Assembly (NCBI GenBank): GCA_039096225.1
Contig: JBBPEB010000024.1
Location: 496,001 to 560,000 of the forward strand
DNA length: 64,000 nucleotides
Reading direction: 5' to 3'
Origin: Blastocystis sp. Blastoise
Lineage: Eukaryota; Protista; Bigyra: Opalinata
Position numbers and translations under genes: made by a program
Shown: one piece after another, positions 1 to 24,272 of the stretch
Numbering within the stretch: position 1 is the first letter of the stretch
How the letters are laid out: each line of letters opens with the position of its first letter
The notes under the pieces: generated by a model
The model's input: only the letters and a program-made list of their open reading frames with translations
Databases searched by the model: none
What the model was told of the DNA's origin: nothing

Positions 1-1114
1 ATTTACCTACACAAATGTCAAATCCTTCAGGACAAGACTTGTTACCTACTCAAATGGTAGTTTCAAATCAATTGCAAATGCATTTAAATAATGATCTGAA
101 TGCTCATCTATCACAATCTGATGTTTCTGGAACAGTTCTCTTACCCTCTGTTTTACATCCACTTCCAAACCTTGTATTACATGATAATCTTGAAGACACA
201 ACTGAAAAAGAGCCTAAAAACAATGAACAACAGGTATGTTGTTGTTTTTTTTAATTATTTTTGTATAGTTTTATGTGTATACTATTTTTTTTATGAAAAT
301 TTTATATTATTATTATGTTATATATGTAGTATATATTTTATTATGCTATAGATATTTAATCATTATATGCCTCAAGATATGATGACGATTAATACAACTA
401 CATTTTTAAATCATTCTATTGGCGATTTAAAAATCACAGATATTCCTCAATTATTACATGAATATAAAATTATGGCTCATTATTTATGTAAAGTAATTAT
501 TTTTTTATTATTTATTGTTATTATTTTTATTATTATTATTATGCTATATATTTATGTATTATATATTATATAGAATAATATGATAGACACAAATGATACT
601 CTATTAGAATATCGTGGTATTAACCCTGAAGATGTCACATGTGATCATATAGCTACATTATTACAATATTATAAACAACTAGCTTCTTTATCAAAGAGGG
701 TATATATATTATTATGTTTATTATGTTTATATTTATTATTATTATTATTATTATGTTTATTATTATTATTATTATTATAACTAAATATAAATATTAAGAA
801 TATATTCATATAAAAATAATAATAATATATATAGGTATACCCTTGTATATATTGTAATAAGATTCTTTCTACCAAGGCTTCTTTGATTACCCATGAAAAT
901 ATACATATAGATCAAACTCCATATATATGTCAAGAACCGAATTGTAACGCAAGATTTAAATCAAAGTCAGCATTAAATACACATATTAATAATAATCATA
1001 CAGTTGTATATATATATATATATTATATTGTTGATATATTATATTTTTATTTATATATATTTTTATATTATTAAGTATTATTTAATACATTATTTAACTA
1101 CTTATTATTATGTT

Positions 1115-1153
<39 letters not shown>

Positions 1154-1635
1154 TTTAATAAATATTATATTAACTATTATATTAATTATATTATATATTA
1201 TTCTATAGGTGAAAATGCACGTGTGTGAGTTTATTGGCTGTAATAAACGATTTGCTACTGAATGGCAGTTACGTCAACACATGGTGCGTCATCCTCAAAA
1301 TCATAGATACACGTGCAAACAATGTAATCACACTTTTGCTTATCCTTATCAGTTATATATATATTATTATTATTATATTTATTATTATATATTTATTATT
1401 ATTATTATTATTATTATGTCATTTATAACTATATATATATATATAGTTAAATCGTCATTTAGCGAAGCATACAAATAATCGACCGTTTCATTGCAGTTAT
1501 CAGAATTGCACAAAATCATTTTCACATAAAGGTGCATTATTATTACATGAAAAAGCTCATGAAAAATTATTTGTATGTAATATTTGCTTAAGAAGATTTG
1601 GATATAAATGTGATTTAACAAGGTATATATATATA

Positions 1636-1676
<41 letters not shown>

Positions 1677-1827
1677 TAACATAATATATTATTACACATT
1701 CTATATATATATTATTATTACACATTCTATATATATATATATATATAATAATAGACACATGGCGCGTCATACAGATATCCCCCAAATTCAAGACACAAAT
1801 AAATTGAATGAAGAACATCTTATTTAA
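1..1827 (+). CDS. Multi-C2H2 zinc-finger protein (6 fingers); 5' end probably upstream of the window
   Basis: Spliced exons ..233, 352-492, 574-699, 835-1005, 1209-1352, 1447-1622, 1755-1827 give CIYC..H..H, CQEPNC..H..H, CEFIGC..H..H, CKQC..H..H, CSYQNC..H..H and CNIC..H..H. Stop TAA at 1825-1827. The frame is open back to position 3. Confidence 0.85.
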
Positions 1828-1839
1828 ACAATTATTTTT

Positions 1840-1882
<43 letters not shown>

Positions 1883-2507
1883 TCATGATTTATTTTGCTT
1901 TACTGTATATATATATTATTCTATTTTATATAATTCTTTAAAAACAATTTCGTGTTTGTGATTATTATAGTTTTCATTTTTTTTTTCATTTTATTTTCTT
2001 TTATTCACTATTAGCTTTTTCTGTTTATATTTTCTTTTTTTTTGTTCAATTTTTTTATTCACTATTAGCTTTTGCTTATTTCTATTTTATTGTAGTTTTT
2101 CATGTGCATTCTTTTTTATTTAATATAAAAATATAATATCATTTCTTTGTTTTTTTTTATCATGTAGTTTTTTCTTTTAAATGTATTTATTGTTATTGTA
2201 TTCATATATACGCTGTTTAGTTTCATTATATATATATAAAACAATAAATATATTAAAATATTAAAAAAAATATATTTTTGTATATATAAAGAACTTTAGT
2301 ATTTACATAGTATTCTATAACTACTTATTCAAGTATATATAATAAAAAAATGGAAAAATCAAAATAATATATATGAATAAAGTGAATAGAAAGATAGAAT
2401 GATATATAATGATTATTATTATATTTATATATATAGATAGTTTGAAGTTTTGAGAAAAGTTTTCAACACAATGAATTTATATAAAAGCTGCAGTTCAATA
2501 TCACGTG

Positions 2508-4056
2508 CTATAAGATTTTCATGTTACCTTTTAATTTATCTTCTTTAATTAATTGGCTAATTCGACGTATAAACACGTGTTCAAACGATGATACATTTCG
2601 TTTTTTATGTATTATATCTTTCATGCTATATATATAATATTTATTTATTTATATAATTGATATAATAATAAGTATAGTAAGAATAATAATAATACAATAT
2701 ATATATACTCTGCAAGATTGGATGACGCATATGAATCACATGACATTTCTGTTTTTTGACTGGCTAGAATATATACACAATAAGGACAATAATAGTATTC
2801 CGTTTCAGGAATACTATTTAAGCGTAAACAATGTAAATGATAGCTATGATGACAAGGCCCGTCACATATTAATAAATCACCAGGCTTTAAGCAATAACCA
2901 CATACTTCATCCTATTATATATATATAGTATCATATATATATTAAGTATTATATATATATATATAATATTCTATATATTACTAATATAGAATATATTAAT
3001 AACATATTTAAAATATATTAAAAAAGATTTAAAATATATTAAAAGAATTTTCCTATGATATAAATATAATAATAAATATAAAAATGTCAATAATAATACC
3101 CTTCTATACTATAAATAAATAACATTTATATATACATCAAATTTCTTATCAAAATAATCTGTTAAAAACGTTGTGTTTACTAAATATATATAGAATATAT
3201 AATAATAGAAAACATACTTCCTAATGTTTTCATTTTATTATATCCCCAATCAAACGAAAATGGTTTATATTCATGATTATTTTCTATTTCAATTCGAGGA
3301 GGTACTATAATTATTGAATTAAATAGCTTATAATATATATTTAATATACATACACGTATGACATGAGCATGGACATTTGACTTCATCATAGACTATGTAC
3401 GAATATTTTGGAAATTGATGAGAAATAGACTCATAAAATGGATGAACCTCTGGATATTTATACTATACCAAGTAATAAATATTTATAAATATAATTAACA
3501 TAATAATAATCATGGAAATACATTTTGTAAACTGTTTAAAGCAGTCTTTGGATCATAATTGCATAAATGTAACATATATAAATTTAAATCTTCATTAGAA
3601 AGTCCATCTTCTAAACATTCAGACAAATATTTATCTAATCGTTTATCACAAATACGTCCAGGAATAAAAACACATTGTTCTTTCTGATGAACATAGTCTA
3701 TTTTGAATGGATTATTATCTTCCTGATGAAACAATATATTATCTAGATCCTCTGAATCGTTCTTCTTTATAAATGGTGGCACATATACATTATACCGACT
3801 ACCTATTTGACTTGGTTTATGAGGATATCTATATTATTAAATCAAGAATCACATTTAAAATAAAAATAAATTATTTCAAACGTTAAAATAAACTTACAAC
3901 CCAGCACCTTCAGTCACTTTTGTTTTTGATTTTTGTTTTTTTGGAGATACTTGTAAACTCTACATAGATACAAATAAGGAATCACTAACATATATTATGC
4001 TTTTTTAAATATACCTTTTTCTTTTGTTTCTTCTCTGTTCGGCCATGAATCTCCAT
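2508..4056 (-). CDS. ELM2-domain + PHD-finger chromatin protein
   Basis: Spliced product has SQIGSRYNVYVP...EDLNLYMLHLCNYDPKTAL (ELM2-like) and CGYCLKPGDLLICDGPCHHSYHLHCL...YCPYC (C4HC3 PHD, ~2780-2910). Introns are GT-AG. The 3' end is 2508, or 2425 if a 20-nt intron is spliced. Confidence 0.8.
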
Positions 4057-4629
4057 GAACAATTGATTCCTCAAGTACTTATTTTGCTTTTTACAAGTAA
4101 TAAAAATCAATTAAAGTTCTATAAATCAAAATTATTATTTTATAGAAAACAATACTTTCATATTAAAGAAAAACAAAAAGGAAACTATTTAAGAATTATA
4201 AACATATAAATAGATAGAATACAAGCTGTTGAACTGTTTTCAAACGAAATAAAAACGATAAATTCAGAATATATATCAAATTGAATAGTTTATGTTTTAT
4301 ATAATAAAACTATTTTTTATACTCTTTTTCTATATATAACTTTTGTATTCTAATTATAAAATAGCTGTGGATAATATTATTGTAGCCAATCAAATCATTT
4401 ATGTTCAAAGGAGAAATAGAATTTTTTTGAAAAAGAATAAAACCGTGGGAATTTAATGGTAAATTAGAATTCCCGTGATTTTATTTAATATTATAAAAAT
4501 GATTCGATTAAAAATAAGGATCTTAACTTGTTATATAGAAAGAAATATATAAAAAGAAATAACGATATAGATATAGATTATTATATATACAATTTATAAG
4601 CAGAAAAAACAGAAGTTTGTGAATCTTGC

Positions 4630-4740
4630 ATTTGATTGGATGATAATAAAGTGATTTGATTGGATGATAAAAACAGTGATTTGATTGGTAGATAAATAAA
4701 GCGATTTGATTGGCTAATTTTTATTCTTTTGATTGGTCAT
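4630..4740 (-). promoter_or_regulatory. Tandem CCAAT-box array (5 x TTTGATTGG)
   Basis: Five TTTGATTGG copies about 23-26 bp apart, reading CCAATCAAA on the minus strand ~600 bp upstream of the ELM2-PHD start. Another CCAATCAAATC lies at ~4386 on the plus strand. Confidence 0.55.
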
Positions 4741-6108
4741 TTGTTGAGAGGGAATAAAAAGTTTTTTAAAACAAATATATATATAAAACTATATAACATA
4801 AAAAATGATAAAAAAACAGAACAATTTGACTATATACAAGTCAATAATCTTTGAAAAATAACCACGGGAATACTTGTTTTCGAGTATCATGAATTTACAT
4901 CATGTTTGCGTTTCTGAATCTATTTGTCATTATTCTTTAGAATTCGATTCGAATCATGCTAAAATATTATTCCCATGGTTATTTGATTTCTTTTATTCTT
5001 TTCATTTCACAATATCTATTTATGATTCTCTTTCCTTGAATATCAGAAATTTTATTGATTGCTTATGATTTATATATATATAAAACTCATTCCATATGTC
5101 TACAAATCCTATGATTCGTGAAATTCATTTTTCTGAATTCTCACTTAATTTTTTTCAGATTATTAAAAAACGTATTATTCATAGTCTGCATTAGATAATA
5201 TTTGTTTTATCACATTTATTGAAATATGCATAAGTATATCATTCATAATATGCATCCGTTGTAGTTATAGAATACTCTTAATAAATAATTCGTCCAAATG
5301 ATTACAGAAATATGCTTAATATATAGTTATAATTATCATAGTATTCTTTATATAGATTTGAATGTTTCATAATTATCGAATTAGTATTCATTTTTAATAA
5401 TAATGATAATGAATTGTCAATTTTCAATCATTGTGTTATAGGGATAATAATTGAATAATTTTTGAATGAAATTTATTAGAATTGAGTTGTAGAGAAAGAA
5501 ACGATAATTAATGGTCAGTTATTATCAAATTATATCAAAGATTAGATCATTTGAATGTGATATGTTTTCAGAAAAAAAGGAATAGCACATATATAATCAA
5601 AAGAATAAATCAGGAAATTAATTAATAACATATATAAATGAATATAAATTAAAGTAACTCATTTTCTATGAAAAACCACCTATTTTTTATATGTTTATCA
5701 ATGAAAAGAACTTTTGTATATTTAAATATTAAAGTGTAAATTTATATATAAAAGAGAGAAAAGCATTGAAAGTGTTTATTTTTTATTTTAAAAATAGATT
5801 GATATGATGTTTTAAATAAATAAAAATTAATCAATTTTATGTTCTTCTAGAGAAATAATTGAATTATATGGTAATGTTTTCTTTTATAAAATCAACAATG
5901 GCTTATAACTAATTGTTTTTTATTTTAGTATCGAATTATTCTTCTCAAATGTTGAAACAATGTTTCCATAAAAGTTTATTATTAATCTATTTTTTATGAT
6001 TATATTTGATATATAGATAATATATTTTTATGTTAGTATAACAAAAAAAAACAGAATTCTATCACATTTTCTATAATAACAAAAAAAATCATATATATAT
6101 ATATATAT

Positions 6109-12328
<6,220 letters not shown>

Positions 12329-13018
12329 ATTTTGCTTGTAAAATAAATAGAGTATTGAATTATACTTGATAGTATTAAAAATTACATTCTTCTTCAATTA
12401 ATAAGTGAAAAAGGGATAAAAAAAATTAAAAACGAAGTATTTTTGTGATTTATTTATTATTTATATTGAATTAACTTATAATATATTGGGATCATTTTTC
12501 TATATTAAATCTCATTTTAATACATACAAATTTATTATTCGTAACTAAATAAAATGTCAAAAAAAATAAATATTTTTCTTTTGATGATAAATGAGAATGA
12601 TAATGTTCTCCTGTAACTCAGCTTATATTTATCATAATCATACACTTTAAATTTTAAAAAATACAGCGAACTCATTTTCATAAATTCGTTTCAATTTATT
12701 GTATTTCATCATAAAACATACCATTAGATCCAGTTATTATGAATACGATAATAAAAATGTATGTTTCTTTATTTTATATCAACATATACGTTCTAGAACA
12801 CAGTAATAATGAATGATTCAATACAATTAACAAATGATGTTTCCCCTTTTGACACAGTATTTCGTTGTATTTCGGGAAATATGAAATATCCGCTTATTTT
12901 AGAGATATTTCCATGAATATAAAAAGTTCTCCATTTCCATTATAAACCACAAGGATTAGAATTTCATTTCGATTGTTACCTAATATAAATACAAGTGTTT
13001 TTATTACGAGTACGTATA

Positions 13019-17800
<4,782 letters not shown>

Positions 17801-17977
17801 TATATATAATTATATAAACTTTGTTTTTTCTTTTTAAAAAATGTATTTTGTTTTGTTTATATAAATAATAATAATAATAATAAACCTAACAAAACATTAT
17901 ATATAGAGTATAGAATATAATCCCAAAAGATATATATGAGTTATAATAAATATATATATTTATTTACTATATTTAAT

Positions 17978-18515
17978 TTAAAAAGCAAAACATAATATAA
18001 TAATAGATAATATATAGCAAGATAACATAATAATCTCGTATGTCCAAGCTTTACAAGAAGCTTTTTTAAATTCTTTATATATAATCAATGACCATAATGA
18101 TGTTATAAACGATTGTGCTTGACCTAATGCAAAACTATATATAGAATATTAATTATTATTTATTTATAGATGATTCTATAATTAAATGTGTATATATATT
18201 TATTCTTTAAAAAATATTTTATATATATATAATCAAATATATAATGTATTCAAAAAAATTAATATAATATAATAAATAATATAATTATTTATCATCTTAA
18301 AATAACTAAGTAAATAATTAAGAAATAATAATAATGAAAGCAAAAAAAAAGTATATATATAGATAATAAACTATATATATATACTTAATAATAAATTATA
18401 AAAAAATATACAAAAAAAAATTATATATATATATACCTAGTTGCAAATCCCAGTTTATCCGCACTGACCATATATCCCCACGTGCCTAAAGACCATAAGA
18501 AAGAAGACCAAATAG

Positions 18516-18579
<64 letters not shown>

Positions 18580-18636
18580 CATATTATTATATAATATATA
18601 TATATTAAATAACATTTTTTTTTTATATTTAGAAAA

Positions 18637-18679
<43 letters not shown>

Positions 18680-19044
18680 AGGGAATCTGAGAGAGATTGA
18701 TGTCGTTAAATACTGTTTAAACGTTACAGGTGGACAGCCAATACCTTTGTGCATGTATATACTATATTTATATATATAGTTAAATTGTTATTCTTTATAT
18801 ATCGTAAAATTATTATTATTATATATATAGTTAAATTGTTATTCTTTATATATCGTAAAAATATTATTATTATATATATATAGTTAAATATATTAAGTAT
18901 ATATATATAGTATATGTATATAATAGAGAAAGGGAACGCAGTGATAACAGAAGCTAATGTAGTCACAAATATAATACCCTATATATATATATATGATAAT
19001 GATTATATACTATATATATATACATGAGAAAATAAAGTATATAC

Positions 19045-19143
<99 letters not shown>

Positions 19144-19419
19144 CTTATAATAATAATAATAATAATAATATATAATAATAATAATAATATATATATATAT
19201 ATATACATAAGGAGAGAGAGCATTCGGTTGTTGGCCGCCAGTAGCTGTTCCTGGGCCCCAAAAAGTACCGCAAATAGCTATATATATAGTTATAATAGTA
19301 TATATATAGTTATAATATTATATATATAAAGCAATAATAGTATATATATATATATATATATACCTCCTAAAACACAATAAATAACAAGAGCACGTGGTGA
19401 TATTGTGGCAACATTCTAA

Positions 19420-19478
<59 letters not shown>

Positions 19479-20629
19479 CAGAATAATAAATAAACATAAT
19501 ATACATGTGACTTATTCTTATCAATATTATGTTTTTCTAAATTTTCAAGTATTTTATTCGCATCTTCATGATTGTGTTCCGATTTGTGTTCCATTTGATT
19601 TGTTTCATCGTTTATTTTGTGTTCTTCTCCTTCAACTTGAATTAATGACGCATTTAAAGGAGTTGAGGATTCGACGAGTGACACAGATGATGACGACGCG
19701 AGTGGTGGTAATAATGACACGTGATTCTGTTTTTCTAATTCACTATTTTATATATATTTAATTATTATTATATTTTTAATGTTTAAAAATCATTGAAATC
19801 AAAATATTAATTATATATATAAAATATATATATATGACTACCTATAATAATAACTATATATATATATACGTATAAGCTCTTGTATCAAAGAAAATAGCGA
19901 GTATATTAAATAATACACCTGGTATCATTATATATACTATTCCTCTATGGTCAACTAAATAACTATATAAATATATAAGCAAAATTCAATAACAGAATCA
20001 TAAATAATAAAAATTATTTTTTTTTAAATATATAAAAAAACTGATTAAACACAAAAACGTTAAATAAATCAAATAAATAAATTTCAATAACAATGATATA
20101 ATCAATATACGTCAACAAGATTCCAAAAATAGTTGTGAATCCTGATTGAAGTGGAACAGAATTTGATAATCCTGCACAATAAATGCCAATAAACATAAAT
20201 ATTTGAAAGAGCATATCGGTAAAACCTATATTAAGTCATTGTAAGTTTGAATTTTATTGAATTATATAAAAAGAAACAGATTAAAAAGAAATACCTGATA
20301 AAACAGGACCTCCTATTCTTTGGAAAATAACACTAGGCTAAGAAAATATATATAGTATATCGAATTATATGTTTTAAACAAGGATATACTTCTGCATTCG
20401 TGATATTACCCAAATTTGAAATCCAATTTTCCTCTTCACTTTGAAATAAGTCTGAACCAAATAGTATACATAATATTAAACTAAATAGGAATCGAAAGAT
20501 AATAAAATCAAGGTGATAAATTGCTGGAGAACACTTAATCTCTTTCAACGCCACTAATCCAGTACCCCATCCAAGAAAAGATAACGAATTGAGTAATAAC
20601 GCACCAATACTACTTGTAGGAAGGAACAT
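17978..20629 (-). CDS. Ureide-permease-like (DMT superfamily) multi-pass transporter
   Basis: MFLPTSSIGALLLNSLSFLGWGT..., AGLSNSVPLQSG, central hydrophilic loop and C-terminal ALGQAQSFITSLWSLIIYKEFKKAS follow the layout of plant UPS / bacterial GRP-type DMT transporters. About 10 exons traced. Confidence 0.65.
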
Positions 20630-21619
20630 AATAATAATTTTTTCACAAATATTATGATCTTTCAATCAAGTGTTTTGTGGATATAAAAGAAAAAACAAAA
20701 GTTTGAGAAAATGATCAAATATTATTTTTGCTTTTTTTTTATATCTGTATAGTTTTGATTTTATTTATTTTTTATAAACCATCGCCCTATGTATTAAATG
20801 AATTAAATTACTGCATATTATTCACAGTAATGGATTTCGTTTTCCTTCAATTCTTCATAAAAAATGATCATGAACACTTTCTAAACTTGTTATACAAAGA
20901 AATATAAACTCTATTCACTGAAATAACAACTTTTTTAGAAATAATTTTAATTAAAACAACTCTTCTTATTCGATGTACATACGCCAATCTTTAAAATCAT
21001 GTTTTTAAAACATGTATCACATTAAATCCTCTTAAATAAATGTTCATCAAGTTAAAAACCACATAAATGATGATATTTTACTTCTTTTTCGTGTTCGATA
21101 TATTCCACATTTTATAAATATTCATAATTTTATATACTTATGAGAATGTACACACAATGTTAATTCAATACATATATCCTTTTTGTTGCCTAAAATGATT
21201 TCTTTCAAAGCATACAATAACTGTAAACATAAAGCAAATACATTCATATAATCATTATCTTATTCTACAAAGAAAACAAGAGAAAACAGAATTAAAAATA
21301 AAATGAAAACCACTATTTTTCTATAACAAGAATAACAGTGAAAAATAATAAAAATAGAACTAAAAGTAAACGATTAACCGTGAATATGATTATCATGACC
21401 AATCATCACAAAAATTCTATGATAATTATGATATTTCTTGATTTTTTGGTTTTGACTCTACCACAATTCTATAAATAGTCTATACTATTATATTTGTGGT
21501 CATATCAAATAGTTTCTCAAAGTATGTTTAAATTCTCTATGTTTTATATGTACATGGTTCATCTGTGCTCTTTGATGACTTCATTTGTTCAAGTCAATTC
21601 TACATTTTTTTATTTTTAA

Positions 21620-22201
21620 ATGGTGAAGGCTGCTCCTCTTGTTAGATACAACATCATTAAGAAGAAGACGAACAAGTGGGTTCGTTTCCAAGCTGATAAG
21701 TTCAAGAGAATGAATCTAAGTGAATTTTTATTAAATTATATTTATTTTTCGTTACTTATTATTTATTTACAATCTCCAATTACGGACAATCATATTGAAT
21801 CAATTATTATTATAATATTTATGCTGAATCAACACTGGCGTAAACCTAAAGGTATCGATTGTCGTGCTAGACGTCGTTTCCGAGGTGCTACCCCCATGCC
21901 TAGAATTGGTTATGGTTCTAACAAACTCACTAGACATATGCTTCCTAACGGTTTAAGAAAGTATGTCATCAACAACGTTCGTGATTTAGAACTCCTCATG
22001 ATGCACAACAGAACTTATTGTGCTGAAATCGCTCACAGCGTTTCTGCCAGAAAGCGTGTTGAAATCGTAAAACGTGCTGAAGAACTCTCCATCACTGTTA
22101 CCAACGCCAAGGATATATATATTTTTTTTTAATTTATTTATTTATTTATTATTTTTATTTCTAGGGCTCATATTCGTAAGGTAGAAAATGAATCTGAATA
22201 A
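21620..22201 (+). CDS. RPL32: 60S ribosomal protein L32 (eL32)
   Basis: [78 protein letters not shown]. Introns at 21716-21829 and 22111-22164 both have non-canonical ends. Confidence 0.97.
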
Positions 22202-22827
22202 ATTATTTGATTACCTATCGACCACGTTTACATTTTTTTTGTATTGTTTTTTTTTTAATTATTAAATGAACTTACAACACAATTATAGTATATATTGAAT
22301 TGACATGGAAGGATTCTATATTTTATTTTATAAATAACATAAATATAATGTTTATATGATGAGTAGAAGATGTTTAGGGATATTATTCATATGCTTTTGA
22401 TGAAAAAAGAGTGTATGTAATTATTTTAAAAATTAGTATATGTGAAAATAGGTGTTTTAATGGTCATTTGTATGTTGAAAATAGGGTTTTAGGCTCATTG
22501 GACATTTGTTTTGAATAATTAATTTTTTTTATAAAATATATTTGTTTTAAAATAAACAAAACAAGAGAATATAAATTATAAAACGATTTATTAGAAACAC
22601 AAAACAAAGAATAATAAAATGAGCAAACTATATACAAGCATAGATATTCTAAGAATGATTGAATAAACACACAAAAAAAAACAGGTAAATGATAAGATAA
22701 AAATAATAATAATGTCAAAAAAAAAATTAGTAGTAGTAGAGAACATGAAAATAAATAAAGATAATAAAATAAATAGTATAGTAGATATATATTTATAATA
22801 TTATTCATATTTATTTATTCGAATTAC

Positions 22828-24272
22828 TTAATGTTGTTGATTTGGATCATAAGCAAAAGGATATTGATTATTATTATTATTAGGATAAGTTTGAGATGGA
22901 AATATAGGTGCAACATTAGGATAATTATTATTATCATTAATAGGAGTAGCAGTAATAACTTGTGCTTGAGGTATATATTGTTGTGAATTATATTGAGAAA
23001 CAGGAATAGCAGCATTTACCACGGGAATTTGGGGTTGTTGAGGAGTATATTGTTGAGGTGGGTTATATTGTTGAGGTTGAGGAGTATATTGTTGAGGTGG
23101 GTTATATTGTTGAGGTTGAGGACTATATTGTTGTTGGTTATTATATTGTTGAGGTTGAGGACTATATTGTTGAGGTTGAGGAGTATATTGTTGAGGGTTA
23201 TATTGAGCCATAGGAGGAAGAGAAGGAACAGGAGCAGGAGGAGGTATAGGCATATTATTATTCATAGGAGCAACAGGAGCAACAGGAGCAACAGGAGTAG
23301 CTGTATAGTAAGCTATATACAGAATAATATAGAATAATATAGACTAAAATATAATAAATCTAAGATAATGAGACAAAAATCACTATTAAATAGTAATATA
23401 TTACATATATATATTATAAATATATACGTTGAGCATAAACAGGTATAGGATAATTGGTAGGAGCAGCCTATATATATAAATATAATAATATATATAAATA
23501 TAATAATAATAATAATAATAAATATAATAATAATATAATAATAATAATAATATATATACAATATAGTTAATATGAGGTTGAGTAGTATATAATACAGAGG
23601 GATCGCTAGGATCAACATAAGCTGTTTTCACTACCGTACCAAGAGCAATCGATTGAATACCTTGAGGTAAAGTAGCATCTATATATATATAATAAATATA
23701 CATAAATATACTAAAAAAAAATTAAAAAAAAAACAATAATACATAATAAAATATAATATAAAATAAAAAAATACAGTAACAAATAATATTATATAATAAT
23801 AATAAATGTACATAATAATAAAAAAAAAACACCACAAAAAAAAAATAATATAAATATAAAATATACTTTGATGTTCATGAGAGAAACGCACAGCAGCAAT
23901 AACATTCCATAGTAATTTTAAAAATGTATCACTACCACCACTTTTAAAAACAAGATTAACATCAAAAGGTTCATTAAATCCTAAATTAGGAACAGGAATT
24001 AATTGAAATGATAAATAATTAAAACCAAAGAAAGGTTGATTATATTTTTCATTTCTTATATTTGCTAAGGGTATATCTAAAGAATTGAAGTTGGATGTAG
24101 GTTTATCAGCAACAAACACAATACGATAACTGGAAAGATAAATTTTACCTCTACCATCAAACGAATAATTTTGAATACGACATTTTAAACCAATTTCATT
24201 ACGTTTCAATAAGAATTGTTCACCAATAACTCCCACAGGAATTCCATTAGTAAGAGGAGGATTTAAAGCCAT
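22828..24272 (-). CDS. WBP2-like PH-GRAM protein with Pro/Gln/Tyr-rich tail
   Basis: MALNPPL..GEQF..GKIYLSSYRIVFV..YNQPFFGFNY..FKSGG (WBP2/UPF0664 GRAM), AYVDPSDPSVLY, then (Q)QYxPQP repeats. Three GT-AG introns. Confidence 0.85.

Noticed and set aside
2764-2778. Apparent tiny intron after the PHD finger
   Set aside because: The frame reads straight through (YCPYCVYILASQK), so no intron is needed.
4630-4740. CRISPR-like repeat-spacer appearance
   Set aside because: Repeats are only 9-11 bp with short related spacers, in a eukaryotic context with no cas genes.
5097-5195. Short ORF MSTNPMIREIHFSEF...
   Set aside because: About 32 codons with no recognisable motif and no supportable spliced continuation.
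21720-21830. Box C/D snoRNA or U12-type AT-AC intron in RPL32 intron 1
   Set aside because: Only a CTGA is present. There is no box C (RTGATGA), no ATATCCTT donor and no TCCTTAAC branch site.
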